Shown here: piece after piece, positions 52,639-62,343 of the stretch
How the letters are laid out: every line of letters starts with the position of its first letter
Position numbering within the stretch: position 1 is the stretch's first letter
Assembly (NCBI GenBank): GCA_017444065.1
Contig: JAFSXJ010000018.1
Location: 1,778-65,777, forward strand
Length of the DNA: 64,000 nt
Direction of reading: 5' to 3'
Source: Paludibacteraceae bacterium
Lineage (GTDB): Bacteria > Bacteroidota > Bacteroidia > Bacteroidales > Paludibacteraceae
Translations under genes and position numbers: made by a program
Notes under the pieces: model-generated
What the model was told of the DNA's origin: nothing
Seen by the model: the letters and a program-made list of their open reading frames with translations, nothing else
Database searches by the model: none

Positions 52639-55564
52639 GATTGCGTACGCGACGGATGCAAGTGTGTATCGCGAGATACCGTACGGCGTGACATATCCGA
52701 TGAACGAGGAAGACTTGAGTTCGCTCATCGGTGAGGCGCGTCGTCTCGGAACCAGTATCATCGCTCGTGCCGGTGGAACGTCTATTGCCGGTCAGGTGGT
52801 GGGAAAAGGTATCGTGGCTGATGTCAGTCGGCATATGCACCGCATTCTGGAAATCAACGACGAGAAACGCTATGCATGGGTGGAACCGGGTGTCGTGCGC
52901 GATGAACTGAACATCGCCTGCAAGCCTTACGGGTTGTTCTTCAGCCCGGAGACATCGACGTCCAACCGTTGCTGTATCGGCGGCATGGCGGGAAATAACT
53001 CCTGCGGCATGCACTCGCTGATATACGGCAGTACACGTCCGCATGTGTTGGAAGCAGACGGCATATTGTCGGACGGGAGCAAAGCGCATTTCGCGGAATA
53101 CACTATCGCCGAACTGGAAGAGCGGTTCGGTCAGGAGTTCTGGGATAAGAATGAGACAGTTAGCGGCTTGGAGGAGAAGATTTATGCGCAGTTGATACGC
53201 TGGGCGTTGGACGAAGATACGCGGACACTGATAGCCGACACGTATCCCGACAAGGAGCTGACGCGACGGAGTTGCGGTTATGCCATCGACGAGGTGATAG
53301 AAGGCCTGTGCAACGCGTCCAAGCCGCTGCGTGAACGGACAATCAACCTTTGTCGCCTGATAGCCGGAAGTGAAGGCACACTGGCGTTGCTGTCCCGTAT
53401 CAAAGTGTCGCTGGATCCGTTGCCACCGAAAGAGGTGATGGTTGTTTGTGCGCATTGCACGAGTCTGGATGCGGCTTTTGAGGCGAACCTGATTGCGCTT
53501 GCTCATCATCCTACCGCCGTGGAACTGATGGACGGAGAGATCATCGAACTAAGTCGTCAGAATGCCGATTTCAGACTGCAGCATATCGACTTTGTCAAGG
53601 GCAATCCTCCGGCATTGCTGATTGCAGAGTTGCGCAGCGAGACGCGCGAGGCGATGGACCGTCAGGCAGAAAAGATGGAGAACGCACTGTCAGCCGGCGG
53701 ATTAGTGACCTGTTGCACCCGTGTGTATGGAAACGAAGTGGCGAAAGTGTGGAATCTGCGCAAGGCCGGATTGGGAATCTTAAACAGCATGTCGGGTGAC
53801 GCCAAGCCGACCGGAGTGATAGAGGACACAGCAGTGTCGGCGAAGCGGCTACCGGCGTATATGCGTGATTTTCGTGCGATGCTGGAGCGGCTGGGTGCGT
53901 CGTGCGTGTTCTACGGACATATCAGTACCGGTGAGTTGCATCTGCGACCGATACTGAACCTGAAGACAGAAGAAGGCAAGCGTCTGTTCCGCCAGATTGC
54001 CCATGAGACGACATTGCTGGTTCGCAAGCATCGCGGCACTATCAGCGGAGAGCATGGCGACGGACGCTTGCGTGGAGAGTTCATCCCGCTGCAGTATGGA
54101 GAACGGACGTATGAGTTGATGCGCGCAGTGAAGCGATGCTGGGATCCGGATACCATTCTCAATCCTCATAAGATTGTTGATACACCGCGTATGGATGCGT
54201 GTCTGCGTGTAGACAAGTCGCTGCCGGGCAATGAGCTACTGTGCCGCGTGGAGCAATGCAACGGAGCAGGAGACTGTCGTAAGTCTGCGGTGACAGGTGG
54301 CACGATGTGTCCGGCATATAAGGTGAGCGGCGATGAACTGCAATCCACTCGCGCCAGGGCGAATGTGCTGCGGGAGTGGCTGCAAACAAACCGCTTCGCC
54401 AGAAGAGCCGAGACCGCTTCGCTAAAGGAACAAGGACTTATCAGTGAAAGCGAATTGAAGGAAGTGCTGTCTTCCTGTCTGGCATGCAAAGCATGCAAGC
54501 GGGAGTGTCCGTCCGGCGTGGATATGACGCGGCTGCGTGCAGAGGTGCTGCAGAAACTGTATGACCGGGAAGGGACTCCGCTACGGACATGGATGGTGGC
54601 GCATAACGGCGACATTCAGCGACTTGGAGCACTGATGCCGAGTGTGTATAACCGGTTCGCAAGCAATCGGTGGACATCGGCCGTACTGAAAAAGATTGTC
54701 GGATTTGCACCGGAACGGAGTATTCCTGAAGTGAAGGTTTTTCGAGATCGCGAGATCATGGGATTGCAAGATTACGAGGCAGCACAACGTCAGGTGTATC
54801 TCTTCCTCGATGAGTTCACGCGTTATCAGGAGCCGGAACTGGCAGAGACGTTCGTCCGGCTGATGAACAGGCTGGGGTATGAAGTGATTATTCCGAGACA
54901 TACTGAGAGCGGACGTGCGGCAATCTCGAAGGGTTGTTTGCATTCGGCAAGAAAGTACGCACAGAAGAATATCCGTTTGCTCAAGGACTTGATTAGTAAC
55001 GAAACTCCGCTGGTCGGAACTGAGCCGTCGTGTATCCTGTCTTTCCGCGATGAATATCCTGATATAGTGGGAGATGCGCATCGTGAAGCGGCTACAAGGC
55101 TGGCACAGAACTGCATGCTCTTTGATGAGTTTATGATGCGGGAGGTGGCATCCGGACGGATAACAGCGGAGCTGTTCAGCGATATGCGGGCAGAGATATG
55201 GTTGCACGGCCATTGCCATCAGAAAGCATTAGTGGGCGTGGAGAAAACGGCTGCATTGCTGGCTTTGCCGAAGAACGCGATAGTGCATGTCATTCCCTCG
55301 GGATGTTGCGGTATGGCTGGATCGTTCGGCTACGAGAAAGCCCATTATCGCACTTCAATAGCCATCGGGGAGATGATACTCTTCCCTGCGGTGCGGGAGG
55401 CTGTGCAACGGAATAGCGTGGAGCGTCCCGTGTTCATCGCGGCACCGGGCATCTCCTGTCGCACCCAGATAAAGGACGGGACGGGCATCCGGGCACTGCA
55501 CCCGATAGAGATACTATATCGGATGCTGCCATCGACCGACAGGTCAAATACAGAAACAGAATAA
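52610..55564 (+). CDS. FAD-linked oxidase fused to Fe-S and CCG domains (YdiJ-like, D-2-hydroxyacid dehydrogenase family)
   Basis: FAD-binding ARAGGTSIAGQ. Cys clusters CNGAGDCRK and CLACKACKRECPSGVD. C-terminal PSGCCGMAGSFGYE. Start set at ATG 52610 (MEILTDSL). GC looks host-like. Confidence 0.8.
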   Translation: MEILTDSLHKIAYATDASVYREIPYGVTYPMNEEDLSSLIGEARRLGTSIIARAGGTSIAGQVVGKGIVADVSRHMHRILEINDEKRYAWVEPGVVRDELNIACKPYGLFFSPETSTSNRCCIGGMAGNNSCGMHSLIYGSTRPHVLEADGILSDGSKAHFAEYTIAELEERFGQEFWDKNETVSGLEEKIYAQLIRWALDEDTRTLIADTYPDKELTRRSCGYAIDEVIEGLCNASKPLRERTINLCRLIAGSEGTLALLSRIKVSLDPLPPKEVMVVCAHCTSLDAAFEANLIALAHHPTAVELMDGEIIELSRQNADFRLQHIDFVKGNPPALLIAELRSETREAMDRQAEKMENALSAGGLVTCCTRVYGNEVAKVWNLRKAGLGILNSMSGDAKPTGVIEDTAVSAKRLPAYMRDFRAMLERLGASCVFYGHISTGELHLRPILNLKTEEGKRLFRQIAHETTLLVRKHRGTISGEHGDGRLRGEFIPLQYGERTYELMRAVKRCWDPDTILNPHKIVDTPRMDACLRVDKSLPGNELLCRVEQCNGAGDCRKSAVTGGTMCPAYKVSGDELQSTRARANVLREWLQTNRFARRAETASLKEQGLISESELKEVLSSCLACKACKRECPSGVDMTRLRAEVLQKLYDREGTPLRTWMVAHNGDIQRLGALMPSVYNRFASNRWTSAVLKKIVGFAPERSIPEVKVFRDREIMGLQDYEAAQRQVYLFLDEFTRYQEPELAETFVRLMNRLGYEVIIPRHTESGRAAISKGCLHSARKYAQKNIRLLKDLISNETPLVGTEPSCILSFRDEYPDIVGDAHREAATRLAQNCMLFDEFMMREVASGRITAELFSDMRAEIWLHGHCHQKALVGVEKTAALLALPKNAIVHVIPSGCCGMAGSFGYEKAHYRTSIAIGEMILFPAVREAVQRNSVERPVFIAAPGISCRTQIKDGTGIRALHPIEILYRMLPSTDRSNTETE

Positions 55565-55626
55565 AGCGGACACTCTCCGCTTCCAAAGGAACAATAATCC
55601 AAACAGAACGAACAGAAAGAAAACAA
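55561..55626. repeat. ~65-bp direct repeat r, copy 2 (immediately after the ydiJ-like stop, upstream of mraY)
   Basis: ATAAAGCGgaCaCTCTcCGCTTcCAA...CAATAATCCAAACAGAAcGA...; see 50014-50079. Confidence 0.7.
55564..55582 (+). terminator. hairpin after the ydiJ-like gene
   Basis: AAGCGGA-cactc-TCCGCTT, a perfect 7-bp stem. The corresponding part of repeat copy 1 is degenerate. Confidence 0.4.
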
Positions 55627-55639
55627 AATAACAAACACA

Positions 55640-56911
55640 ATGCTATACTATCTTTTTACAACATTCAACGACGTGCTTGGAGCACGATTGTTTACGTACA
55701 TCTCTTTCCGTGCGATTGTGGCAGCTGTGCTGGCGTTCTTCGTGAGCGTGTGGTTCGGCAAGCGGTTCATCGCCCTGCTCAAGCGCAAGCACATCAGCGA
55801 GCAGCAGCGCGACGAGAAGATCGACCCGTTCAACGTAGCCAAGAAAGGCGTGCCGACCATGGGCGGCGTGGTGCTCATCGTAGCCACCGTACTGCCGGTG
55901 CTCATCATGGGCAACCTGAGTAACATTTACCTTTGGCTGATGCTTATCACAACGCTTATTTTAGGCGTGTTAGGCTTTGCGGATGACTACATCAAGACTT
56001 TCCGCCACAACAAGGACGGCTTGAACGGCTGGGTAAAGATCATCGGGCAGGTGACGCTCGGACTGATTGTCGGTCTGACGCTGCGTTATGCGCCGATGAC
56101 CACGATGAACGAGACGGTCACCGTTCACTACGAGAACAACGTCCGCGTGGTGGAGAAATCGCCGGAGGTCAAGTCCACGCGCACGACCATCCCGTTCGTC
56201 AAGAACCACAACGCCAACTATGCGGATATGTTCTCCTTCCTGGGTGACGAGATGAAGTACCGCGCAGGCTGGATCTTCTTCGTGCTGCTGACGGTGTTCG
56301 TCGTGGCGGCGGTGAGCAACGGCGCTAACCTCAACGACGGCATGGACGGCATGTGTGCGGGTAACAGTGCGCTCATCGGCGTCGCGCTGATTGTGTTAGC
56401 CTACGTGTCGGGTAACACGATGTTAGCCGACTACTTCGATGTGATGTACATCCCCGGCAGCGAGGAGCTCGTGGTGTTCCTCGGCGCGTTCGTCGGCGCA
56501 CTGGTAGGATTCCTGTGGTTCAACGGTTTTCCGGCGCAGATCTTCATGGGCGATACGGGCAGCCTGACTATCGGCGGCATCATCGGCGTGTGTGCCGTGA
56601 TCATCCACAAGGAGCTGCTGGTGCCGATACTGTGCGGTGTGTTCCTTATGGAGAGCGTGAGCGTGATATTGCAGACGCAGGTGTATAAGTTCAGCAAGAA
56701 GCGCGGCAGCCGTGTGCGCGTGTTCAAGCGTGCGCCGTTGCACGACCATTTCCGCACGTCGGTGGAGCAGGTGCTGAAGAACGACCCGACCTGCCGCATC
56801 CTGTGCAAGGGCGGCAGCGAGCTGCACCACGAGACAAAGATTGTCCTCCGCTTCTGCATCGTCACCCTGCTGCTCGCTGCGTTTACTATACTGACTCTTA
56901 AAATCCGTTAA
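55640..56911 (+). CDS. mraY: phospho-N-acetylmuramoyl-pentapeptide transferase
   Basis: Polytopic membrane protein with GFADDYIK, GANLNDGMDG and IFMGDTGSL motifs. Confidence 0.9.
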   Translation: MLYYLFTTFNDVLGARLFTYISFRAIVAAVLAFFVSVWFGKRFIALLKRKHISEQQRDEKIDPFNVAKKGVPTMGGVVLIVATVLPVLIMGNLSNIYLWLMLITTLILGVLGFADDYIKTFRHNKDGLNGWVKIIGQVTLGLIVGLTLRYAPMTTMNETVTVHYENNVRVVEKSPEVKSTRTTIPFVKNHNANYADMFSFLGDEMKYRAGWIFFVLLTVFVVAAVSNGANLNDGMDGMCAGNSALIGVALIVLAYVSGNTMLADYFDVMYIPGSEELVVFLGAFVGALVGFLWFNGFPAQIFMGDTGSLTIGGIIGVCAVIIHKELLVPILCGVFLMESVSVILQTQVYKFSKKRGSRVRVFKRAPLHDHFRTSVEQVLKNDPTCRILCKGGSELHHETKIVLRFCIVTLLLAAFTILTLKIR

Positions 56912-56913
56912 TC

Positions 56914-58323
56914 ATGAAACGAATGGTTATACTCGGTGCCGGAGAAAGCGGCGTGGGTGCGGCTATATTGGCAAAAGTGAAAGGCTATGACGTGTTCGTC
57001 AGCGACATGGGCGCAATCAAACCCCACTATGCCGTACTGCTCGACCAGCATGGCATATCCTGCGAGAGCGGGAAACATACTGCAGAGCTCATTCTAAATG
57101 CAGATGAGGTCGTCAAGTCGCCCGGCATACCTGACAGTGCACCGATGGTGAAGGCACTAATAGAACAAGGCACGCCGATTATCTCGGAGATAGAGTTTGC
57201 AGCGCGCTACACGAATGCGAAGATGATCTGCATCACCGGTTCGAACGGCAAAACGACCACCACCTCGCTCATCTACGACATGCTTCGCCGTGCCGGGCTG
57301 GATGTCGGGCTGGCAGGGAACATAGGCAACTCGCTTGCGCTCCAGGTGGCGCAGCAGGATCATGCGTACTATGTGATCGAGCTGTCGTCGTTCCAACTGG
57401 ACAACATGTACGATTTCCGCGCGGATATAGCTATCCTGCTGAACATAACGCCTGACCACCTCGACCGCTACAACTACGAGTTCCAGAACTACATTGATGC
57501 GAAGATGCGTATTACACGCAACCAGCGTGACGAAGATGCACTGATCTACTGGAGCGGTGACCCTGTTTTGGACCGCGAGATTGCAAAGCTTCGACCGACA
57601 GCGACGCTCTACCCGTTTGGTGACAGACCCACCCCGCCCATCCCTCATAGGGAGGGAGAGAATAATCAGCCGGTGGCGAATGTCGCGTACGTGGAGAAGG
57701 GGAAGATGGTGGTGAAAGCTTTTGAACCGATAGAGCTGCCCGTGGAGTTGCTGTCATTAAAAGGCAAACACAACCAGTACAACTCAATGGCTGCAGCTAT
57801 CACGGCACAATTATTGCATATCAAGAACGATGTAATCCGCGAGAGCCTGACGCAGTTTGAAGGTGTGGAGCATCGGTTGCAATATGTGGCAACGGTTCGC
57901 GGTGTGCGGTGGATCAATGACAGCAAGGCTACGAACGTCAACTCCTGCTGGTACGCGCTGGAAGCCATGACCACGCCCACCGTGCTTATCCTCGGCGGCA
58001 AGGACAAAGGCAATGACTACAGCGAGATAGACGAACTGGTGAAGCAGAAGTGCCATACATTGGTGTTCATGGGACTGCATAACGAGAAACTGGTAGAGCA
58101 TTTCTCGGCTTTAGGCTACCGTCCGGCAGAAAGCGGAGCTGAGTGTGGCGGCGACAAGCGCTACATTGACACCCACACGCTGGCGGATGCCGTGCAGGCT
58201 TGCTACGATGCTGCACATGACGGCGACACCGTGCTGCTAAGTCCATGCTGTGCAAGCTTCGACCTGTTCAAGTCTTACGAGGACCGTGGCGAGCAGTTCA
58301 TGAAGGCAGTGAGAGAGATTTGA
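56914..58323 (+). CDS. murD: UDP-N-acetylmuramoylalanine--D-glutamate ligase
   Basis: VILGAGESGVGAA, ITGSNGKTTT and LLSPCCASFDLFKSYEDRG. Lies 2 nt after mraY. Confidence 0.9.
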   Translation: MKRMVILGAGESGVGAAILAKVKGYDVFVSDMGAIKPHYAVLLDQHGISCESGKHTAELILNADEVVKSPGIPDSAPMVKALIEQGTPIISEIEFAARYTNAKMICITGSNGKTTTTSLIYDMLRRAGLDVGLAGNIGNSLALQVAQQDHAYYVIELSSFQLDNMYDFRADIAILLNITPDHLDRYNYEFQNYIDAKMRITRNQRDEDALIYWSGDPVLDREIAKLRPTATLYPFGDRPTPPIPHREGENNQPVANVAYVEKGKMVVKAFEPIELPVELLSLKGKHNQYNSMAAAITAQLLHIKNDVIRESLTQFEGVEHRLQYVATVRGVRWINDSKATNVNSCWYALEAMTTPTVLILGGKDKGNDYSEIDELVKQKCHTLVFMGLHNEKLVEHFSALGYRPAESGAECGGDKRYIDTHTLADAVQACYDAAHDGDTVLLSPCCASFDLFKSYEDRGEQFMKAVREI

Positions 58324-58360
58324 TATTGGATAATTGATAATTGATAAATGACAATTAATA
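58324..58360. repeat. heptamer tandem array TTGATAA-like x5 at the murD/ftsW junction
   Basis: tattggataa ttgataa ttgataa atgacaa ttaata. Same motif family as 34882-34908. Confidence 0.7.
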
Positions 58361-59616
58361 TGGAGCACCCGAATATTATTGACTTCGTCAAGCGCAAACT
58401 CAAGTATGTGGACAAGACCTACTGGACGGTGTTCATCCTGCTGGTGGTGTTTGCGGTGATTGAACTATTCTCGGCAGCAAGCACTCTGACCTTCAAGACC
58501 GGCAGTCTGCTTGGTCCGGTATGGCATCAGGTTAAGTTCATTCTGGTCGGTGCAATCATCATTTTTGTGGTACAGCTTTTTCCGTCGAAGTACGCCCGCT
58601 ACGCCGGTTATGCGTGTATGGGAGTAGCGGCAGTCTGCCTGTATCTGATGCTTATCCCTGGCAACCCGTTCGTGAGCAACATCAACAATGCCGAGCGGTG
58701 GTTCAAGATATTAGGTGTCAGTTTCCAACCCTCGGAGTTGGCCAAGTTAGGTCTGATTGTCGTGGTAGCCGACCGCCTGTCGCAGGCTCATACGGATGAG
58801 GAACTGGTGAAGGAGTTCTATCGCACGCTGGCAATATCGGCTGTCATCATCTTACCTATCATGCTCGGCAACCTCTCCACGGCATTGCTGCTGGCGGGAG
58901 TAATCTTCCTGATGTGGTTTCTGGCTCATGTGCCATGGAAATATCTGGTCAGCATCGTAGGTATTGCGGCTATCCTGCTCGTATCAGGATACTTTATCGT
59001 TGAATACGGTTATGTACGCGCCCATCGTCAGTTAGGCGGTCCGTTCAAGCGCGCTATCACATGGGTAGGACGTGTGGATGACTTCATTGCCAACAAGAGC
59101 GGCGATGCAGGTGATGACGATGACAACTACCAGCGTCTGCACGCGACCTTAGCCGTCGCACGCGGCGGAGCCAGTCCGTTAGGTGTGTTGCCGGGAAACA
59201 GCGAGGAACGGAACTTCCTGCCGCTGGCATATGCCGATTATATCTTCGCAATCATTGTAGAGGAAACGGGATTGATAGGCGCGTTTGCGCTCATTATCCT
59301 GTATGTGGTAATTCTTTTCCGAGCGTGCTACACGTCATCGAAATACGCCGACTACGGTGCCATGCTCATGGTCATGGGTCTGGCGCTGATGCTCACCACG
59401 CAAGCCTTTGTTTCGATGGCTGTGGCGGTGGGTATGGGACCTGTGACCGGTCAGCCTCTACCGATGGTGACGCGTGGCGGCACATCGGTACTGGTCACAA
59501 GCCTGTACTTCGCCATCCTGATGTGCGTGAGCCGCGAGCAAAACGAGATGCAGGCACAGATTGACCAGTCACGTATTGATTCATATCAAGATGTGCCTGA
59601 AGTACAGGTCGACTGA
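58348..59616 (+). CDS. ftsW: FtsW/RodA/SpoVE-family peptidoglycan glycosyltransferase
   Basis: Multi-TM protein with ERWFKILGVSFQPSELAKL and TGQPLPMVTRGGTS. Alternative start at ATG 58360. Confidence 0.88.
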   Translation: MTINMEHPNIIDFVKRKLKYVDKTYWTVFILLVVFAVIELFSAASTLTFKTGSLLGPVWHQVKFILVGAIIIFVVQLFPSKYARYAGYACMGVAAVCLYLMLIPGNPFVSNINNAERWFKILGVSFQPSELAKLGLIVVVADRLSQAHTDEELVKEFYRTLAISAVIILPIMLGNLSTALLLAGVIFLMWFLAHVPWKYLVSIVGIAAILLVSGYFIVEYGYVRAHRQLGGPFKRAITWVGRVDDFIANKSGDAGDDDDNYQRLHATLAVARGGASPLGVLPGNSEERNFLPLAYADYIFAIIVEETGLIGAFALIILYVVILFRACYTSSKYADYGAMLMVMGLALMLTTQAFVSMAVAVGMGPVTGQPLPMVTRGGTSVLVTSLYFAILMCVSREQNEMQAQIDQSRIDSYQDVPEVQVD

Positions 59617-59622
59617 TTGCTC

Positions 59623-62343
59623 TTAGGATTTGTTTCCGACCAGGGCACTGATCTCGCTCAGTTTGTTCAGTGCCTCCAATGGCGTAAGAGAGTTGATATC
59701 GAGACTCTTCAGTTCATCACGTATCTGCTCAAGAACAGGGTCGTCCAGTTGGAAGAAACTGAGTTGCATCCCCTCGCGCGTCTGCCCGATACCCGATATG
59801 GGCTTGGATGATAGACCGCTAACGCTGTTAGATGTTTGACCGCTGTCGCTATCAGATGCCGGACTGCTGACGCCTGCCGCATCACTCTCGAGTTGCTTTA
59901 GGATAACGTTCGCACGCTGGATGATACTCTCAGGCATACCGGCTATCTTCGCCACATGGATACCGAAGCTGTGCTCGCTGCCGCCGCGGACGAGTTTGCG
60001 GAGGAAGATGACCTTGTTGTTTACCTCGCGCACAGATACATTATAATTACGTATGCGCGCGAAGGAGGCTTCCATCTCGTTGAGTTCGTGGTAGTGGGTT
60101 GCGAACAGGGTCTTGGCGTGGCACTTGTTCTCATGTATATACTCCACTATCGCCCAGGCTATACTGATACCATCGTAGGTGGAGGTGCCTCGGCCGAGTT
60201 CGTCGAAGAGCACCAGACTGCGTTCACTCAGGTTATTGAGGATGCTTGCCGCTTCGTTCATCTCGACCATGAATGTCGATTCGCCTTGCGAGATATTGTC
60301 GCTGGCACCCACACGCGTGAAAATCTTATCGACTATACCTATTGACGCGCTCTCTGCGGGCACAAACGAGCCCATCTGCGCCATCAGAACGATGAGGGCA
60401 GTCTGACGCAGCAGAGCTGATTTACCGGCCATGTTCGGACCGGTGATAATGATTATCTGCTGACCGCTGTTATCCAGCAGCACGTCGTTGGCTATATACT
60501 GTTCGCCCATCGGCATGTTCTTCTCTATCACCGGATGTCGGCCCTGACGGATATCAATCACGAGACTGTCGTTGATGTCCGGACAGATATACTTGTTCTC
60601 TGCCGCTGTTGCCGCGAAGCTGAGCAGGCAGTCGAGTTGTGCCGCCACGTGAGCATCGGTCTGCATAGCTGGCACATATTCCACCATAGCCAGCATCAAC
60701 TCGTTGTACAGGCGAACCTCAATCGACTCTATGCGCTCGTCAGCAGCAAGTATCTTCTGCTCAAACTCTTTGAGTTCAGGAGTTATATACCGTTCGGCAT
60801 TGACGAGCGTCTGTTTGCGGATCCACTCTTCGGGTACGCTGTCCTTGAAGGTGTTCCTGACCTCCAGATAGTAGCCGAACACGTTATTGAAACCTACTTT
60901 CAGGCTGCTTATACCTGTTCGTTCCACCTCGCGCTGACAGATACGTTCAATCGCCTCGCGGCTGTGGTCACGCAGTTCGCGCAGTTCGTCCAGTTCGTCG
61001 TCCACTCCGGAGGCTATGGTGTTCGGACGTCCCTGTGCCAAGGGCGGGTCAGGTACAATCTGCCGAATGATACGCTCACGCATTTCTGTGCAGAGACTGA
61101 TGTTCTCACCAAGGCTGTTCAGATAACTGTTGTTCTCCGCTTGTTCGCATATATGCTTGACCGGCTGCAAAGCACCCAAGGCGTTGCCGAGTTGAACCAT
61201 CTCACGCGGACCTATACGCCCTGTACTGATCTTGCTTACCGTGCGCTCCATGTCCTGAAGTTGGCTGAGGCTCTCGCGAATCGTCTCGCGCTGGTCGGGA
61301 TGACGGAAGAAGTATTCGACCACGGACTGACGATTGCGTATCGGTCGTACCTCTTTAAGTGGGAAGGTCAGCCAGCGGTAGAGCATACGCGCGCCCATAG
61401 GAGTTACAGTCTTATCCAGTATGTCGTACAGCGTCAGACTGTCGTCAGTCTGTCGGTGCAGCAATTCCAGGTTGCGGATAGTAAACTGATCTAACCACAC
61501 ATACTTGTCCGTCTCCAGACGGCTCAAAGGATGAATATGCCTGGTTTGCAGGTGCTGCGTTATATCCAGATAGTGCAGTATTCCCGCTGCTGCAACCACG
61601 CCGTCGGGCACACCCGTAACGCCGAAGCCTTTGAGATTGGTGGTCTCAAACTGCTTGCGCAGCCGTTCCTCTGCAGTCGTGGGGTTGAGCATCCAGTCCT
61701 CCAGTTCAAAGGTGAAATATTTGGTTCCGAACAGCCGCTCGAACTCTGCCCGCTTGCCGCGGAGGAACAACACCTCTTTCGGCGCGAACTTTGTAAGCAG
61801 CGTGGCGATATAATCCGACGTGCCTTGTGCCACCAGATACTCGCCCGTAGATAGGTCTAGCAGCGATATACCTATACTCGTTTTGGCGAAATGCAGGCAG
61901 CAGAGCCAGTTGTTCTCTTTCTGCCCGAAGCTGGCGTCGTTGTAACTGGCACCCGGCGTAACCAGCTCCGTCACACCGCGCTGCACCAGACCTTTGGCAA
62001 GCTTGGGGTCTTCGAGCTGGTCGCAGATAGCCACACGCATGCCGGCACGCACCAACTTGGGCAAGTAGGTGTCCAATGCGTGGAACGGAAAGCCTGCCAT
62101 AGCCGTGCTGTCCACTGCACCGCCACCGTTGTTGCGCTTGGTGAGAGTGATATTCAGTATCTTTGCCGCACGAATGGCATCCTCGGCGTAGGTCTCATAG
62201 AAGTCTCCGCAGCGAAACAGCAGCAGTGCGTCGGGGTACTGCTCCTTGATACTGCGGAACTGCTTCATCATAGGTGTTAAACCATTTACCATTTTGTCAT
62301 TTACCATTTTATCATTTATTTGGCTATTGAACGATTTGGTCAT
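59623..62343 (-). CDS. mutS: DNA mismatch repair protein MutS
   Basis: [28 protein letters not shown], Walker [35 protein letters not shown]. The N-terminal 25 aa include a [10 protein letters not shown] repeat, so the true start may be slightly internal. Confidence 0.9.
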   Translation of the reverse strand: MTKSFNSQINDKMVNDKMVNGLTPMMKQFRSIKEQYPDALLLFRCGDFYETYAEDAIRAAKILNITLTKRNNGGGAVDSTAMAGFPFHALDTYLPKLVRAGMRVAICDQLEDPKLAKGLVQRGVTELVTPGASYNDASFGQKENNWLCCLHFAKTSIGISLLDLSTGEYLVAQGTSDYIATLLTKFAPKEVLFLRGKRAEFERLFGTKYFTFELEDWMLNPTTAEERLRKQFETTNLKGFGVTGVPDGVVAAAGILHYLDITQHLQTRHIHPLSRLETDKYVWLDQFTIRNLELLHRQTDDSLTLYDILDKTVTPMGARMLYRWLTFPLKEVRPIRNRQSVVEYFFRHPDQRETIRESLSQLQDMERTVSKISTGRIGPREMVQLGNALGALQPVKHICEQAENNSYLNSLGENISLCTEMRERIIRQIVPDPPLAQGRPNTIASGVDDELDELRELRDHSREAIERICQREVERTGISSLKVGFNNVFGYYLEVRNTFKDSVPEEWIRKQTLVNAERYITPELKEFEQKILAADERIESIEVRLYNELMLAMVEYVPAMQTDAHVAAQLDCLLSFAATAAENKYICPDINDSLVIDIRQGRHPVIEKNMPMGEQYIANDVLLDNSGQQIIIITGPNMAGKSALLRQTALIVLMAQMGSFVPAESASIGIVDKIFTRVGASDNISQGESTFMVEMNEAASILNNLSERSLVLFDELGRGTSTYDGISIAWAIVEYIHENKCHAKTLFATHYHELNEMEASFARIRNYNVSVREVNNKVIFLRKLVRGGSEHSFGIHVAKIAGMPESIIQRANVILKQLESDAAGVSSPASDSDSGQTSNSVSGLSSKPISGIGQTREGMQLSFFQLDDPVLEQIRDELKSLDINSLTPLEALNKLSEISALVGNKS
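62281..62318. repeat. 15-bp tandem repeat in the 5' end of mutS
   Basis: ttaccattttgtcat / ttaccattttatcat plus a partial unit. Encodes [10 protein letters not shown] on the minus strand. Confidence 0.7.

Noticed and set aside
57611-57680. Possible lineage-specific insertion in MurD (GDRPTPPIPHREGENNQPVAN) containing a TCCCTC-atagg-GAGGGA hairpin
   Set aside because: It has no DNA similarity to the 102-bp repeat family or to any other part of the window. Without an orthologue alignment I cannot show that it is an insertion.
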